From positions 1 through 32,277 of the IMG/VR virus record IMGVR_UViG_3300033562_002506: DNA of 32,277 bases. One strand, given 5' to 3'. Source of the DNA: a virus (lineage: Duplodnaviria > Caudoviricetes). The notes under the pieces are model-generated. The model searched no databases and was not told the origin of the DNA. It saw only the letters and a program-made list of their open reading frames with translations. Numbering within the stretch: position 1 is the stretch's first letter; each line of letters begins with the position of its first letter. Positions 17,883 through 25,748 of the stretch are shown piece by piece. The translations under genes and the position numbers were made by a program.

Positions 17883-18200
17883 ATGGAAAGTGAAACAGAA
17901 ATGAAGGGAATGGATGCATTGTCACTTGCCCATGAGATCTCGAAGATCCCGGACGGCACATTCACGATTGCATTCTTCACATGTTCCAGGAGTAAGGGCA
18001 AAGCATCAAGCAAGCTTACGGTCAAAGAAGGTTGTAAGACCAGGGCACAATTGCCAGATGAAGTCTTCGATATTGATAGTGACAACTTCTTTCTATTCAC
18101 CGATTCAGAGGGCAATCCTAAAATGTGTTATCGCATTTTGATACGCTTCATGGGGTTCCCTCAAGATAAATTCAAACTAAGAAAAACCCGGTTCGTATGA
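17883..18200 (+). CDS. hypothetical phage protein (105 aa)
   Basis: ATG 17883; ATGA overlap with the probable portal gene. Confidence 0.65.
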   Translation: MESETEMKGMDALSLAHEISKIPDGTFTIAFFTCSRSKGKASSKLTVKEGCKTRAQLPDEVFDIDSDNFFLFTDSEGNPKMCYRILIRFMGFPQDKFKLRKTRFV

Positions 18201-19681
18201 AGATGAAAGATTATGATTCTCAAATGATTGGTAACCTCGGCGCCTACGTCGATGAACATAACACCTTCTCTTTTCAGATGGGTTCCAATCCTTCCGGAGC
18301 GTTCGATCCTGGCTTTGAACTGAATCAGTCATTGATAGGCGAACAACAAACATGGCTCACTATCAATGGCTATCAGGTTGCTGCACGTGGATCCAACAAT
18401 GCGTTGGTCGAAGAGACAGAGCGCGATATCGAAGCCAACCGCTTGCTTCCACGGCTGTACAACAAACAAATGACCATCCTCTATGGCAATGGCCCAATGC
18501 TGTACAGAACCAGCATTCAGAACAATAAGGTGGTTAAGCAATGGGTTGAGAATAAAGAGGTCTCCAGTTACTTTGATCGTTGGATGCTGAATGGTATGGA
18601 ACAATCCATCAATGATTTCTGTAAGACCAATGCAAAAAACTACTACTACTTCAGGGATTTCTTTTCCAAAGCCAGGATGTCTTATGGCTCTTCAATAGGT
18701 AAGATGCCAATTGCAGGGCTGGAAGCTATGGAAAATAAGGACTGTCGCCTTTGCACAAGTAGAATGGACGTTGCCACAACACTCATGCAGTATCGCGATC
18801 TTCGTCAGATAGCAGTTGGACCTTGGCAGTTTGGTGGCATCAACTTCCAAATATATCCTCGCTTTGATATCCGCGAGCTTTCCAACTACAATTTTGCAGC
18901 CATATCGCACCATCGTGAAAAGTCTGTTGGTGATTTCTATGGCAACAATGAAACGCACCAGGGAACACGTTCATATATCAGGGGAGCCAATCAGAATGCA
19001 GACTACATCAATAGTTTCCTCAAAAACTCCCTGGCTGCAAAGCTTCATATCATCATCCCGGACAGCTGGATGGAACAGAAGCGCAAACAGATCACCAATT
19101 TGTGTAATGAGAATAAGAAGAGAGCAGCTCTAATACCCCCTCTTGCTGCGGTCAAATACAATGATATTGAGATAGGTACCGACTTTCGGGAGTCTTCATT
19201 GATCCAATACGTCAACCAGGAACTGCGTAAGCTGTCGGCCTACCTATCTGGTACCGAAAATCAAGGTAAAGCCTGGGCAACCTATTCACACCGTGAAGGG
19301 CAGAATAAGGAAGAAGATCGATGGAAAATAGAGAATATTGACATGAAGTATAAAGAGTACATAGAAGCGCTGATCACCTACGATAAGCGTGCCGATGAAG
19401 TGATAACGACTTCCGTTGGACTTGATGCCTCTGTCTCCGGAATCGCCAAAGATGGCATCATCAGTAAGTCCGGATCTGATCTTTACTACAATTATCTGAT
19501 CTACTTGCTATCCCTCACCCACGATGATGAGAAGGTCTGTGAACCTCTTAATCAGGTTTGTCTGCAGGGAAACTTCCCTCAATTATATGCTGAAGGGTAT
19601 CGCGTTGGTTTCTATCGTGAGGTTCCGTCCCGTCAGGAAGATGTGTCACCGGCTAACCGCCTCAATACGCAACAACCATGA
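18197..19681 (+). CDS. probable portal protein
   Basis: 494 aa, downstream of terL; size and position fit a portal; no diagnostic motif verified. Confidence 0.6.
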   Translation: MKMKDYDSQMIGNLGAYVDEHNTFSFQMGSNPSGAFDPGFELNQSLIGEQQTWLTINGYQVAARGSNNALVEETERDIEANRLLPRLYNKQMTILYGNGPMLYRTSIQNNKVVKQWVENKEVSSYFDRWMLNGMEQSINDFCKTNAKNYYYFRDFFSKARMSYGSSIGKMPIAGLEAMENKDCRLCTSRMDVATTLMQYRDLRQIAVGPWQFGGINFQIYPRFDIRELSNYNFAAISHHREKSVGDFYGNNETHQGTRSYIRGANQNADYINSFLKNSLAAKLHIIIPDSWMEQKRKQITNLCNENKKRAALIPPLAAVKYNDIEIGTDFRESSLIQYVNQELRKLSAYLSGTENQGKAWATYSHREGQNKEEDRWKIENIDMKYKEYIEALITYDKRADEVITTSVGLDASVSGIAKDGIISKSGSDLYYNYLIYLLSLTHDDEKVCEPLNQVCLQGNFPQLYAEGYRVGFYREVPSRQEDVSPANRLNTQQP

Positions 19682-20541
19682 GTCTAATATTGGATGAACT
19701 GTTTCCTACTATTGCCGATTTAAAATTGGTAGTCCCGACCCTTGGAACGAGTGTTGATAAGGAAAAACTGAATAGCTCGGCAACTTCTGCCAAAAAACAG
19801 ATTTGCAACATTATTACGCCTGCTATTTATGCAACGATAATCGGCGCAAATGGCGTTGCAGCTCAGAAAGCAGCCCTAGCACAAGCCCTTGCCAATGCCA
19901 CGATGGCTAAGCAGGTAGCCTTCGATGTTATTGAGTACCGCAAGGCAGATATAGCCGTCTATAAGAATGAGCAGGAAAACATGCGCCGTTCATTCATGGA
20001 GAATTATTATAACGCCATGGATACATTGTTATACCTACTCAAGGATGATAATGTTTGGAAAGAAACCGCCTTCTACAAACAACAGCAAGAACTTAAGATC
20101 TCCACTGCTGAAGACTTTAATGCCCTTTATCCGATTGATAGCTCATACCTCTTTTTCTTCAGGACCATGGCCATTCAAGCTGAGATAATTGATGATCATT
20201 TATCCGGATACTTTGAACTGGCTACCAAGAAAGAGGATGTGAAGGCAACAAAGAAGCTCAATCGCGCTCTGGCACAGATGACAGTTTCCGTCGCCATCCA
20301 ACGCTTTGATCCAATTGAGCTTCCCTCTACAATCAGAAATTTGTTTGATGATTCAACCGCGACGCGCTCAGGTGACTCAGAACAAACTCGCTTGCTTGAC
20401 CTGGCTAAGCAGTTGATGACTCAGGCATTGGAAACAGTTAAAGCTGTAGACATGGTACTAAACATCACAGAAACGACTATTAGCGTCGATGTTGAGACTT
20501 CGTTCAACCGTCCAGAAGATGGCATATTCTTTTTAGGATGA
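19678..20541 (+). CDS. head-tail connector/adaptor-like protein
   Basis: 287-aa helical ORF coupled to the portal; call is from synteny. Confidence 0.45.
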   Translation: MSLILDELFPTIADLKLVVPTLGTSVDKEKLNSSATSAKKQICNIITPAIYATIIGANGVAAQKAALAQALANATMAKQVAFDVIEYRKADIAVYKNEQENMRRSFMENYYNAMDTLLYLLKDDNVWKETAFYKQQQELKISTAEDFNALYPIDSSYLFFFRTMAIQAEIIDDHLSGYFELATKKEDVKATKKLNRALAQMTVSVAIQRFDPIELPSTIRNLFDDSTATRSGDSEQTRLLDLAKQLMTQALETVKAVDMVLNITETTISVDVETSFNRPEDGIFFLG

Positions 20542-21509
20542 CAATAAAACGAAACATATCATTCGCACACGGAGATAAAGTATTCGAAATACCGAATGCC
20601 TGGGATCTACTTTCACCAGATCAGTTTCTGAACCTGTACAAAAACATTCAGCTCTACACTGATGGCAAACTGTCTGTCGGCATGGTCAAGGTCTTGTATA
20701 TCTGCGATGTCATGGGTTGGAACCCTAAGAAGATCAAAGGAGACGACGCCCTATGCAACCTTGCCATGCTGGCTGATCAGGTCACATTCATTTTCAATAT
20801 TGTATATCCGGAAGCTGTCCTCAACGTCTTAAATGCCGAAGAACAGTCATTCTTTAGGAAAGTATTGCCGGAACGATCAACGCAACCCATTGCCCGGTAT
20901 TTGGCAAAACAACAGTATGAATTTGCCCTCGACTCTTGTTTTTGTGCGCAGCTGCTGCCCAAGATTACAATATCCGGTAAAGACTTCTTTTCGTATAAAA
21001 TAAACACTTCCTACGATGCCCTAACCTGCAGTTTAGTTGCCATTCAATATCTGGAAGCCCGATCGCTCGTCGGCGGTAGAAAGGAACAATTGCCATTACT
21101 TGCTTCCATACTTTACCAGGATGGTAAATACGAATCCTCAAAAGCGCACGATCAGGCCATTTTGTTTGCTTCACTCGATGAATCAATCCTGGAAGCAATA
21201 GCCTTCAATTTCATCAGCATGAACAATTATATATTCCAGCGCACTCAATATAAGTTATTGACTCAAGGGAAGTCAAATACTGAAAGCTCTATGTCCGTAA
21301 ATGCTACCGATGCCCTCTATAATCTTTCTGCTGATAATTATGGAGATATCAACACCATCGAGCAAATGAATTTGCTTCAGTACCTATCGATCAATCGAAA
21401 GAAGACCATTGAGTCCGTTCGCAGCCTTAATGAAGCAAAGGTCAAAACAACCGATATCGCTGAAAAAACTGGATTACCCATTCACATAATCGATGAAATA
21501 CTGAAATGA
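20538..21509 (+). CDS. hypothetical phage protein
   Basis: 323 aa with ATGA overlaps on both sides. Confidence 0.7.
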   Translation: MTIKRNISFAHGDKVFEIPNAWDLLSPDQFLNLYKNIQLYTDGKLSVGMVKVLYICDVMGWNPKKIKGDDALCNLAMLADQVTFIFNIVYPEAVLNVLNAEEQSFFRKVLPERSTQPIARYLAKQQYEFALDSCFCAQLLPKITISGKDFFSYKINTSYDALTCSLVAIQYLEARSLVGGRKEQLPLLASILYQDGKYESSKAHDQAILFASLDESILEAIAFNFISMNNYIFQRTQYKLLTQGKSNTESSMSVNATDALYNLSADNYGDINTIEQMNLLQYLSINRKKTIESVRSLNEAKVKTTDIAEKTGLPIHIIDEILK

Positions 21510-22057
21510 TTATCCTGGACATTTTCAAATATTTTGCCCAATTCCCCAAAAAGGAAAATGTGCTCAAGCTTTTTTCAAATGGGAAAAGCTCAATCTCTGG
21601 TTATTCCGACTTATTGACCTTCATCACCAACATGACTGTTCATTCCAGGATCCCTTCATTGACCGGCTTTGTTTTCGGTGCAGATGAAGAGGTCGTTAAA
21701 ATGCAAGTAGATAAATGCGAAGGGTTTATTCTATTTGTTGATTATGGCGAGATCAATGCTGGAACCGATTCTCGTAACAGCATACAGAATAATTGGAAGA
21801 TGGCCATCACGATTATGGGCAAGCTTCCTTCTGGAGTGGATCCAGTTGAAAATGCGTTAAATTCTGAATTAGCTCTCTCCATCGCACGTAGTATCTTATC
21901 AATGATGCTCGCTGATCAGACTGAATGTTCCTGGCTCAAGGAATTGAGCAAATCTTATTACCTGGCTCCTTTCGATCATAAAAGCTGGTCCTGTCATGGC
22001 TGGTCCGTCGTATTTGAACGTGAAGGTGCTGATATGTTGAACCTCAAGAACCTATAA
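21506..22057 (+). CDS. hypothetical protein, possible neck/tail-terminator protein
   Basis: 183 aa alpha/beta ORF in a coupled operon; function from position only. Confidence 0.55.
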   Translation: MIILDIFKYFAQFPKKENVLKLFSNGKSSISGYSDLLTFITNMTVHSRIPSLTGFVFGADEEVVKMQVDKCEGFILFVDYGEINAGTDSRNSIQNNWKMAITIMGKLPSGVDPVENALNSELALSIARSILSMMLADQTECSWLKELSKSYYLAPFDHKSWSCHGWSVVFEREGADMLNLKNL

Positions 22058-22059
22058 CA

Positions 22060-22536
22060 ATGCAAGCTCCTATCTACAAATGGCTTTTTGCCCTCCTCGG
22101 CGGTGTGACAGCAGTTTTATGCAACACGGCTATTTTCATTATCGTATGCACTTTTGCCATCTGTATGGATTGTTACACATCATGGGAATTGTCTAAGCGT
22201 GTCAAGGCAAAATACCCGGCTGCAGCCACAGGCAAGTTTAAGAGTAAAAATGCCAAGCGGATCATTCCGACCATGCTGGAGATCTATTCACTTATACTCC
22301 TAGCGTACCTCATTGATCATTATGTTTTAGTCATGTTTTCCGGATTGTTCCTTGCCAATTTTGTTACCGGCATCTTTTGTTTTATCCAGGTATGGTCCAT
22401 GCTTGAAAATAAGTCCAGCTGTAATGGTGCCAAGTGGGCTAAAATGATGCAAAAGATTATGATAGACAAGGCAGAGAGGCATTTTGATATTGATTGTTCA
22501 GACCTAAAAAATAAAGCTGATGAAAATATTAATTGA
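22060..22536 (+). CDS. holin
   Basis: Several hydrophobic segments, D..T..., S.LEN motif and charged C-terminus; overlaps the endolysin start. Confidence 0.75.
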   Translation: MQAPIYKWLFALLGGVTAVLCNTAIFIIVCTFAICMDCYTSWELSKRVKAKYPAAATGKFKSKNAKRIIPTMLEIYSLILLAYLIDHYVLVMFSGLFLANFVTGIFCFIQVWSMLENKSSCNGAKWAKMMQKIMIDKAERHFDIDCSDLKNKADENIN

Positions 22537-23125
22537 CAACGGCCACGGCCAAGAAACGCCCGGTAAACGTTCCCCCGTTTGGCCTGATGGCTCACAATTA
22601 CTGGAATGGAAATATGCACGTGAAATTGCGCACAAGGTCGTTATCGCGCTTAAAACCTTAGGCATAGCAGCCGAAGTTCTTGTTCCTGAAAGCAATGATG
22701 TATCTCTCGCAGAGCGCTGCCGTCGCGTGAACCGGATAGCATCAGTAATCGGTCGTAAAAACTGCCTACTTGTTTCCATTCATGTGAACGCTTCTACCGG
22801 CCTTCCAAATGCCAAAGCTCGCGGGTGGGAGATCCATACATATTCTGGTCAGTCCATTTCTGATACTTATGCCACTATCTTCTACAATGAAGCAAAGGCT
22901 TTGCTCATGGATGATACCAAGATGCGTGGGGATTGGTCCGATAAGGATCCTGATTGGGATTCAAATTTTGCCATGCTTCGTGACACCATCTGTCCATCCG
23001 TACTGACTGAGAACTGTTTCATGGATAACATTGATGACTGCAAATATCTTCTTTCCGAAAATGGCAAAAAAGAGATTGTAGCCCTTCATATCAACGCCAT
23101 TGAAAAAATAATTGAACTCTGCTGA
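22520..23125 (+). CDS. endolysin, N-acetylmuramoyl-L-alanine amidase (Amidase_3)
   Basis: ILIDNGHG, LEW, SL.ER...N, VSIHVNA and SVLTENCFMDN zinc-amidase motifs. Confidence 0.92.
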   Translation: MKILIDNGHGQETPGKRSPVWPDGSQLLEWKYAREIAHKVVIALKTLGIAAEVLVPESNDVSLAERCRRVNRIASVIGRKNCLLVSIHVNASTGLPNAKARGWEIHTYSGQSISDTYATIFYNEAKALLMDDTKMRGDWSDKDPDWDSNFAMLRDTICPSVLTENCFMDNIDDCKYLLSENGKKEIVALHINAIEKIIELC

Positions 23126-23202
23126 TTTATGAAAGCATCTAAATATCTGAAGGAAATTCGTTGGTTCCTTCGTAACTATTGGTCACAAATAAAACTTGTA
23201 CG

Positions 23203-23460
23203 ATGAAAAAACTAATTGAACGATTTCTCAATGCCTGGAACGCTAAAACTCCCAAGCTATGGAAATTCCTGCGCAACCTTGCCGGGTTCATTACCCTTGC
23301 CGTGCCATTCTTGGCCGGAATGACAGCCTCCATTCCAAACATAACCGTTCCGGGATGGTTTACCCAGTATTCCTGGTACTTGATGGCTGGAGCTGGTCTG
23401 TTGACTATATTTGCCGGTACAAGGCAGAAAAAGGAAAACGCCGATGAAACAGCTGCTTAA
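23203..23460 (+). CDS. small two-TM membrane protein (second holin/antiholin-like)
   Basis: ATG 23203; two hydrophobic helices; lies in the lysis cassette. Confidence 0.55.
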   Translation: MKKLIERFLNAWNAKTPKLWKFLRNLAGFITLAVPFLAGMTASIPNITVPGWFTQYSWYLMAGAGLLTIFAGTRQKKENADETAA

Positions 23461-23791
23461 GCTCATTCCATACTTGATCATCATGGGGCTCGCCATTTAC
23501 ATCGTTGTCTCCCATGAACGACCGATACCTGGTCCGGATCCGGAAACAACGGACGTAGTTTACACCGATAGCCTGGCAATCCTTGAAACTAAGGTTGATT
23601 CCTTAGAAGCGGACGCAGCACTCCGACTATCCAACCTGGACCGAATTCGCAAAACACAACTCGCACAACAACGCCAATATTATGAAAATCAAATTCGTCA
23701 CACTCATTACATGCCTGCTGATAGCGCACTTATCTTTTTCACAGCGCATACAAGTGGAAGCCGGCGACACGATGGCAGTGGTTCCGATTGA
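23444..23791 (+). CDS. i-spanin-like protein
   Basis: ATG 23444; N-terminal TM segment followed by a coiled coil; overlaps the next ORF. Confidence 0.5.
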   Translation: MKQLLKLIPYLIIMGLAIYIVVSHERPIPGPDPETTDVVYTDSLAILETKVDSLEADAALRLSNLDRIRKTQLAQQRQYYENQIRHTHYMPADSALIFFTAHTSGSRRHDGSGSD

Positions 23792-24086
23792 ACAGATCCG
23801 ACAGGCCAACTCCATCTTTGTACAAAAAGACTCCCTGCAGGCTGAACTTGAACTGGTAGAATTGGAAGCAGCAATGCTCGATAGCTCTGTTATAACTCTC
23901 AAGCAAATCATATTAGTGCAGAAGGACGAAAATATACTACAGGAACGACGGGTAAGCTTATTTCAGACCGCATATAAAAATTGCAGAACGGAATCTAAAC
24001 AAGCAAGAACCAACGCCTTCTTGATAGGGCTTGGTGCTGGAGCTATCCTCGACATTGGAATTCGGCTGCTGGCACTAATTATCTAA
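23682..24086 (+). CDS. spanin-like exported coiled-coil protein
   Basis: Signal-peptide-like N-terminus, coiled coil, hydrophobic C-terminus; 110-nt overlap with the previous gene. Confidence 0.5.
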   Translation: MKIKFVTLITCLLIAHLSFSQRIQVEAGDTMAVVPIEQIRQANSIFVQKDSLQAELELVELEAAMLDSSVITLKQIILVQKDENILQERRVSLFQTAYKNCRTESKQARTNAFLIGLGAGAILDIGIRLLALII

Positions 24087-24091
24087 AAGCT

Positions 24092-24120
24092 AAAAGCCTC
24101 GGAACATTCCGGGGCTTTTT
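24092..24120 (+). terminator. intrinsic terminator after the lysis cassette
   Basis: AAAAGCCTCGGAA...TTCCGGGGCTTTTT hairpin followed by a T-run. Confidence 0.8.
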
Positions 24121-24124
24121 TGTT

Positions 24125-24132
24125 TATATTTG
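24125..24132 (+). promoter_or_regulatory. Bacteroidota -7 promoter box TATATTTG for the BRCT moron
   Basis: Exact TAnnTTTG match 17 nt before ATG 24150. Confidence 0.55.
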
Positions 24133-24149
24133 CGGAAACCTTAATTTTA

Positions 24150-24731
24150 ATGACCATGGGCATAATTACCATTATTCTCCTGCTATTTTTAGTGTTATTA
24201 TTTTTTTGGAATATCAATCTAAATGACAAGATAAATATTCTAAGTAAGAAACAGGAGGTTTTTGAAGAGAAGTTTAGACGACTGTTATTTGTTTTACAAA
24301 GTCATGATGATGAAGAGAACATTCAATCAGCTAAAAAAAATAAATCATCAAGCAAGAACAAGATAATAGCTGAAGTCTTTCATGATCCTCTCAAAGGTGA
24401 TGTACTAAAGCCTGAACTTAGAACGGCAGATCCAGAATCTCCCTTATTTGGAAAAAAAGTTGTTTTCACAGGATTACTCTCGGGATATGAAAGAGTTGGA
24501 GCTGCAAGCATTACAAAATTTATGGGGGCTGATATCAATGGAAGTATATCTAAGAGAACAAATTATGTTGTAGTTGGCTCAGATCCAGGGCCAAGAAAAA
24601 TGCAAATGATTGAAGAATTAAATGAAGCAGGCGCTAATATTAAACTTTTGAATGAAATTGAATTTCATGCAATGGTAGAACCTTATTATGAACAATACAA
24701 AACTTATTCAATGAAAAACAACTATATTTGA
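24150..24731 (+). CDS. membrane-anchored BRCT-domain protein (moron)
   Basis: N-terminal TM (IITIILLLFLVLLFFW); C-terminal BRCT (LFGKKVVFTG..YER..MGA..SISKRTNYVVVG..PGPRK); AT-rich; own promoter box. Confidence 0.8.
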   Translation: MTMGIITIILLLFLVLLFFWNINLNDKINILSKKQEVFEEKFRRLLFVLQSHDDEENIQSAKKNKSSSKNKIIAEVFHDPLKGDVLKPELRTADPESPLFGKKVVFTGLLSGYERVGAASITKFMGADINGSISKRTNYVVVGSDPGPRKMQMIEELNEAGANIKLLNEIEFHAMVEPYYEQYKTYSMKNNYI

Positions 24732-24842
24732 AACGCAAAAACTTTCTTACATATTACTTCTAACATGGATAAATGGCGGCTGTCGTTACCCCCTAGGAGT
24801 AATCTGAGGAAAGTTTTTGCGAACACGGGTACGGCAGCCGTT
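24723..24842 (+). ncRNA. putative structured leader or regulatory RNA
   Basis: TATATTTG box at 24723; 13-bp IR 24734-24746/24809-24821 interleaved with a second pairing 24777-24786/24831-24840. Confidence 0.45.
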
Positions 24843-24868
24843 CTATTTTGCCGTTAATACCTTCTAAA

Positions 24869-25123
24869 ATGTCTGAAACAAAAAGCAATATTGGCTCTTA
24901 TATTGATGTGCTGATGGAGTCTTTTAAGCCGGCCAATACAAACGAAGGTGCTACGCACTTCTTCTCTACCGATGAGATTCATGATGCTATCATCCAATTA
25001 AACCCTGGAGCCGATATTTCCAGTCAGGATGTTTACCAGGCAATGATTGATGCCGGATTCATTTTTAAACCACGCGCCGGCACATCCGGCATAGACTTCC
25101 GCTGGTTGCTTTTACAGAAATAA
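24869..25123 (+). CDS. small hypothetical protein (84 aa, possible winged-helix)
   Basis: ATG 24869 downstream of the structured leader; followed by a hairpin. Confidence 0.65.
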   Translation: MSETKSNIGSYIDVLMESFKPANTNEGATHFFSTDEIHDAIIQLNPGADISSQDVYQAMIDAGFIFKPRAGTSGIDFRWLLLQK

Positions 25124-25143
25124 TTAACCTATAGGTGAATTTT

Positions 25144-25175
25144 AAGCCCGGACCGTTTATTTGGATCCGGGCTTT
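25144..25175 (+). terminator. hairpin/terminator
   Basis: AAGCCCGGA (25144-25152) / TCCGGGCTT (25166-25174) followed by T-rich sequence. Confidence 0.6.
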
Positions 25176-25281
25176 GTCCTTTTTGTGGCTATCGTAATGA
25201 GCCATATTTGCACTGTGTTTTTCATGGTAAATTTAAGGTTAGGATGCTCGGCGGACTGCGAAGTTGCGCCGAGTTTCTTTT
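25176..25281 (+). ncRNA. candidate ~65-nt sRNA with its own GTCCT-type promoter and terminator
   Basis: GTCCT 25176 plus CATATTTG 25203; terminator CTCGGCG-GACT-GCGA-AGTT-G-CGCCGAG-TTTCTTTT at 25247-25281. Confidence 0.45.
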
Positions 25282-25284
25282 ATT

Positions 25285-25319
25285 GTCCTTTATTCAGGAC
25301 TGCCCGGCCAATACCTTCG
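25285..25319 (+). promoter_or_regulatory. putative late promoter (GTCCT-N22-TACCTTCG)
   Basis: Same geometry; 16 nt before the ATG at 25336 (tape-measure operon). Confidence 0.6.
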
Positions 25320-25335
25320 CTAAAAACGAATCGGA

Positions 25336-25737
25336 ATGGTCACGACCGAACTTATTAATCGGACATATATTGAAAGAATCATTGCTCGCGATGATATTGT
25401 TATCCGCAAGACTCAGAGTGATGTAGTATCTACCTACCTGACAAATGGTACAGGAAGGCTCAATTTATATATAAAGAACTCTCAACATCACATTGAAGGC
25501 ACTCATTTTGTTTTTCCAATCCTTAATTACCTCCGTTTCCTGGATATAAAAAAATCAAGTCGCCGGATGATGGCTGAACGTAGTCATTTAGCGATATACA
25601 ATAGAGTCGTATGGGGTGTATTATATCATGAAACCCTTCCATCCCTACGGTACGGATTGACTCAAGACATCCGCAATGGCATCAAAAATGAATTGATTGC
25701 CGCCACACAGCAACAAAACATAGTATTCCCCGAATAA
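25336..25737 (+). CDS. hypothetical tail-associated protein
   Basis: 133 aa, directly upstream of the tape measure gene. Confidence 0.65.
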   Translation: MVTTELINRTYIERIIARDDIVIRKTQSDVVSTYLTNGTGRLNLYIKNSQHHIEGTHFVFPILNYLRFLDIKKSSRRMMAERSHLAIYNRVVWGVLYHETLPSLRYGLTQDIRNGIKNELIAATQQQNIVFPE

Positions 25738-25748
25738 AACCAACGATC

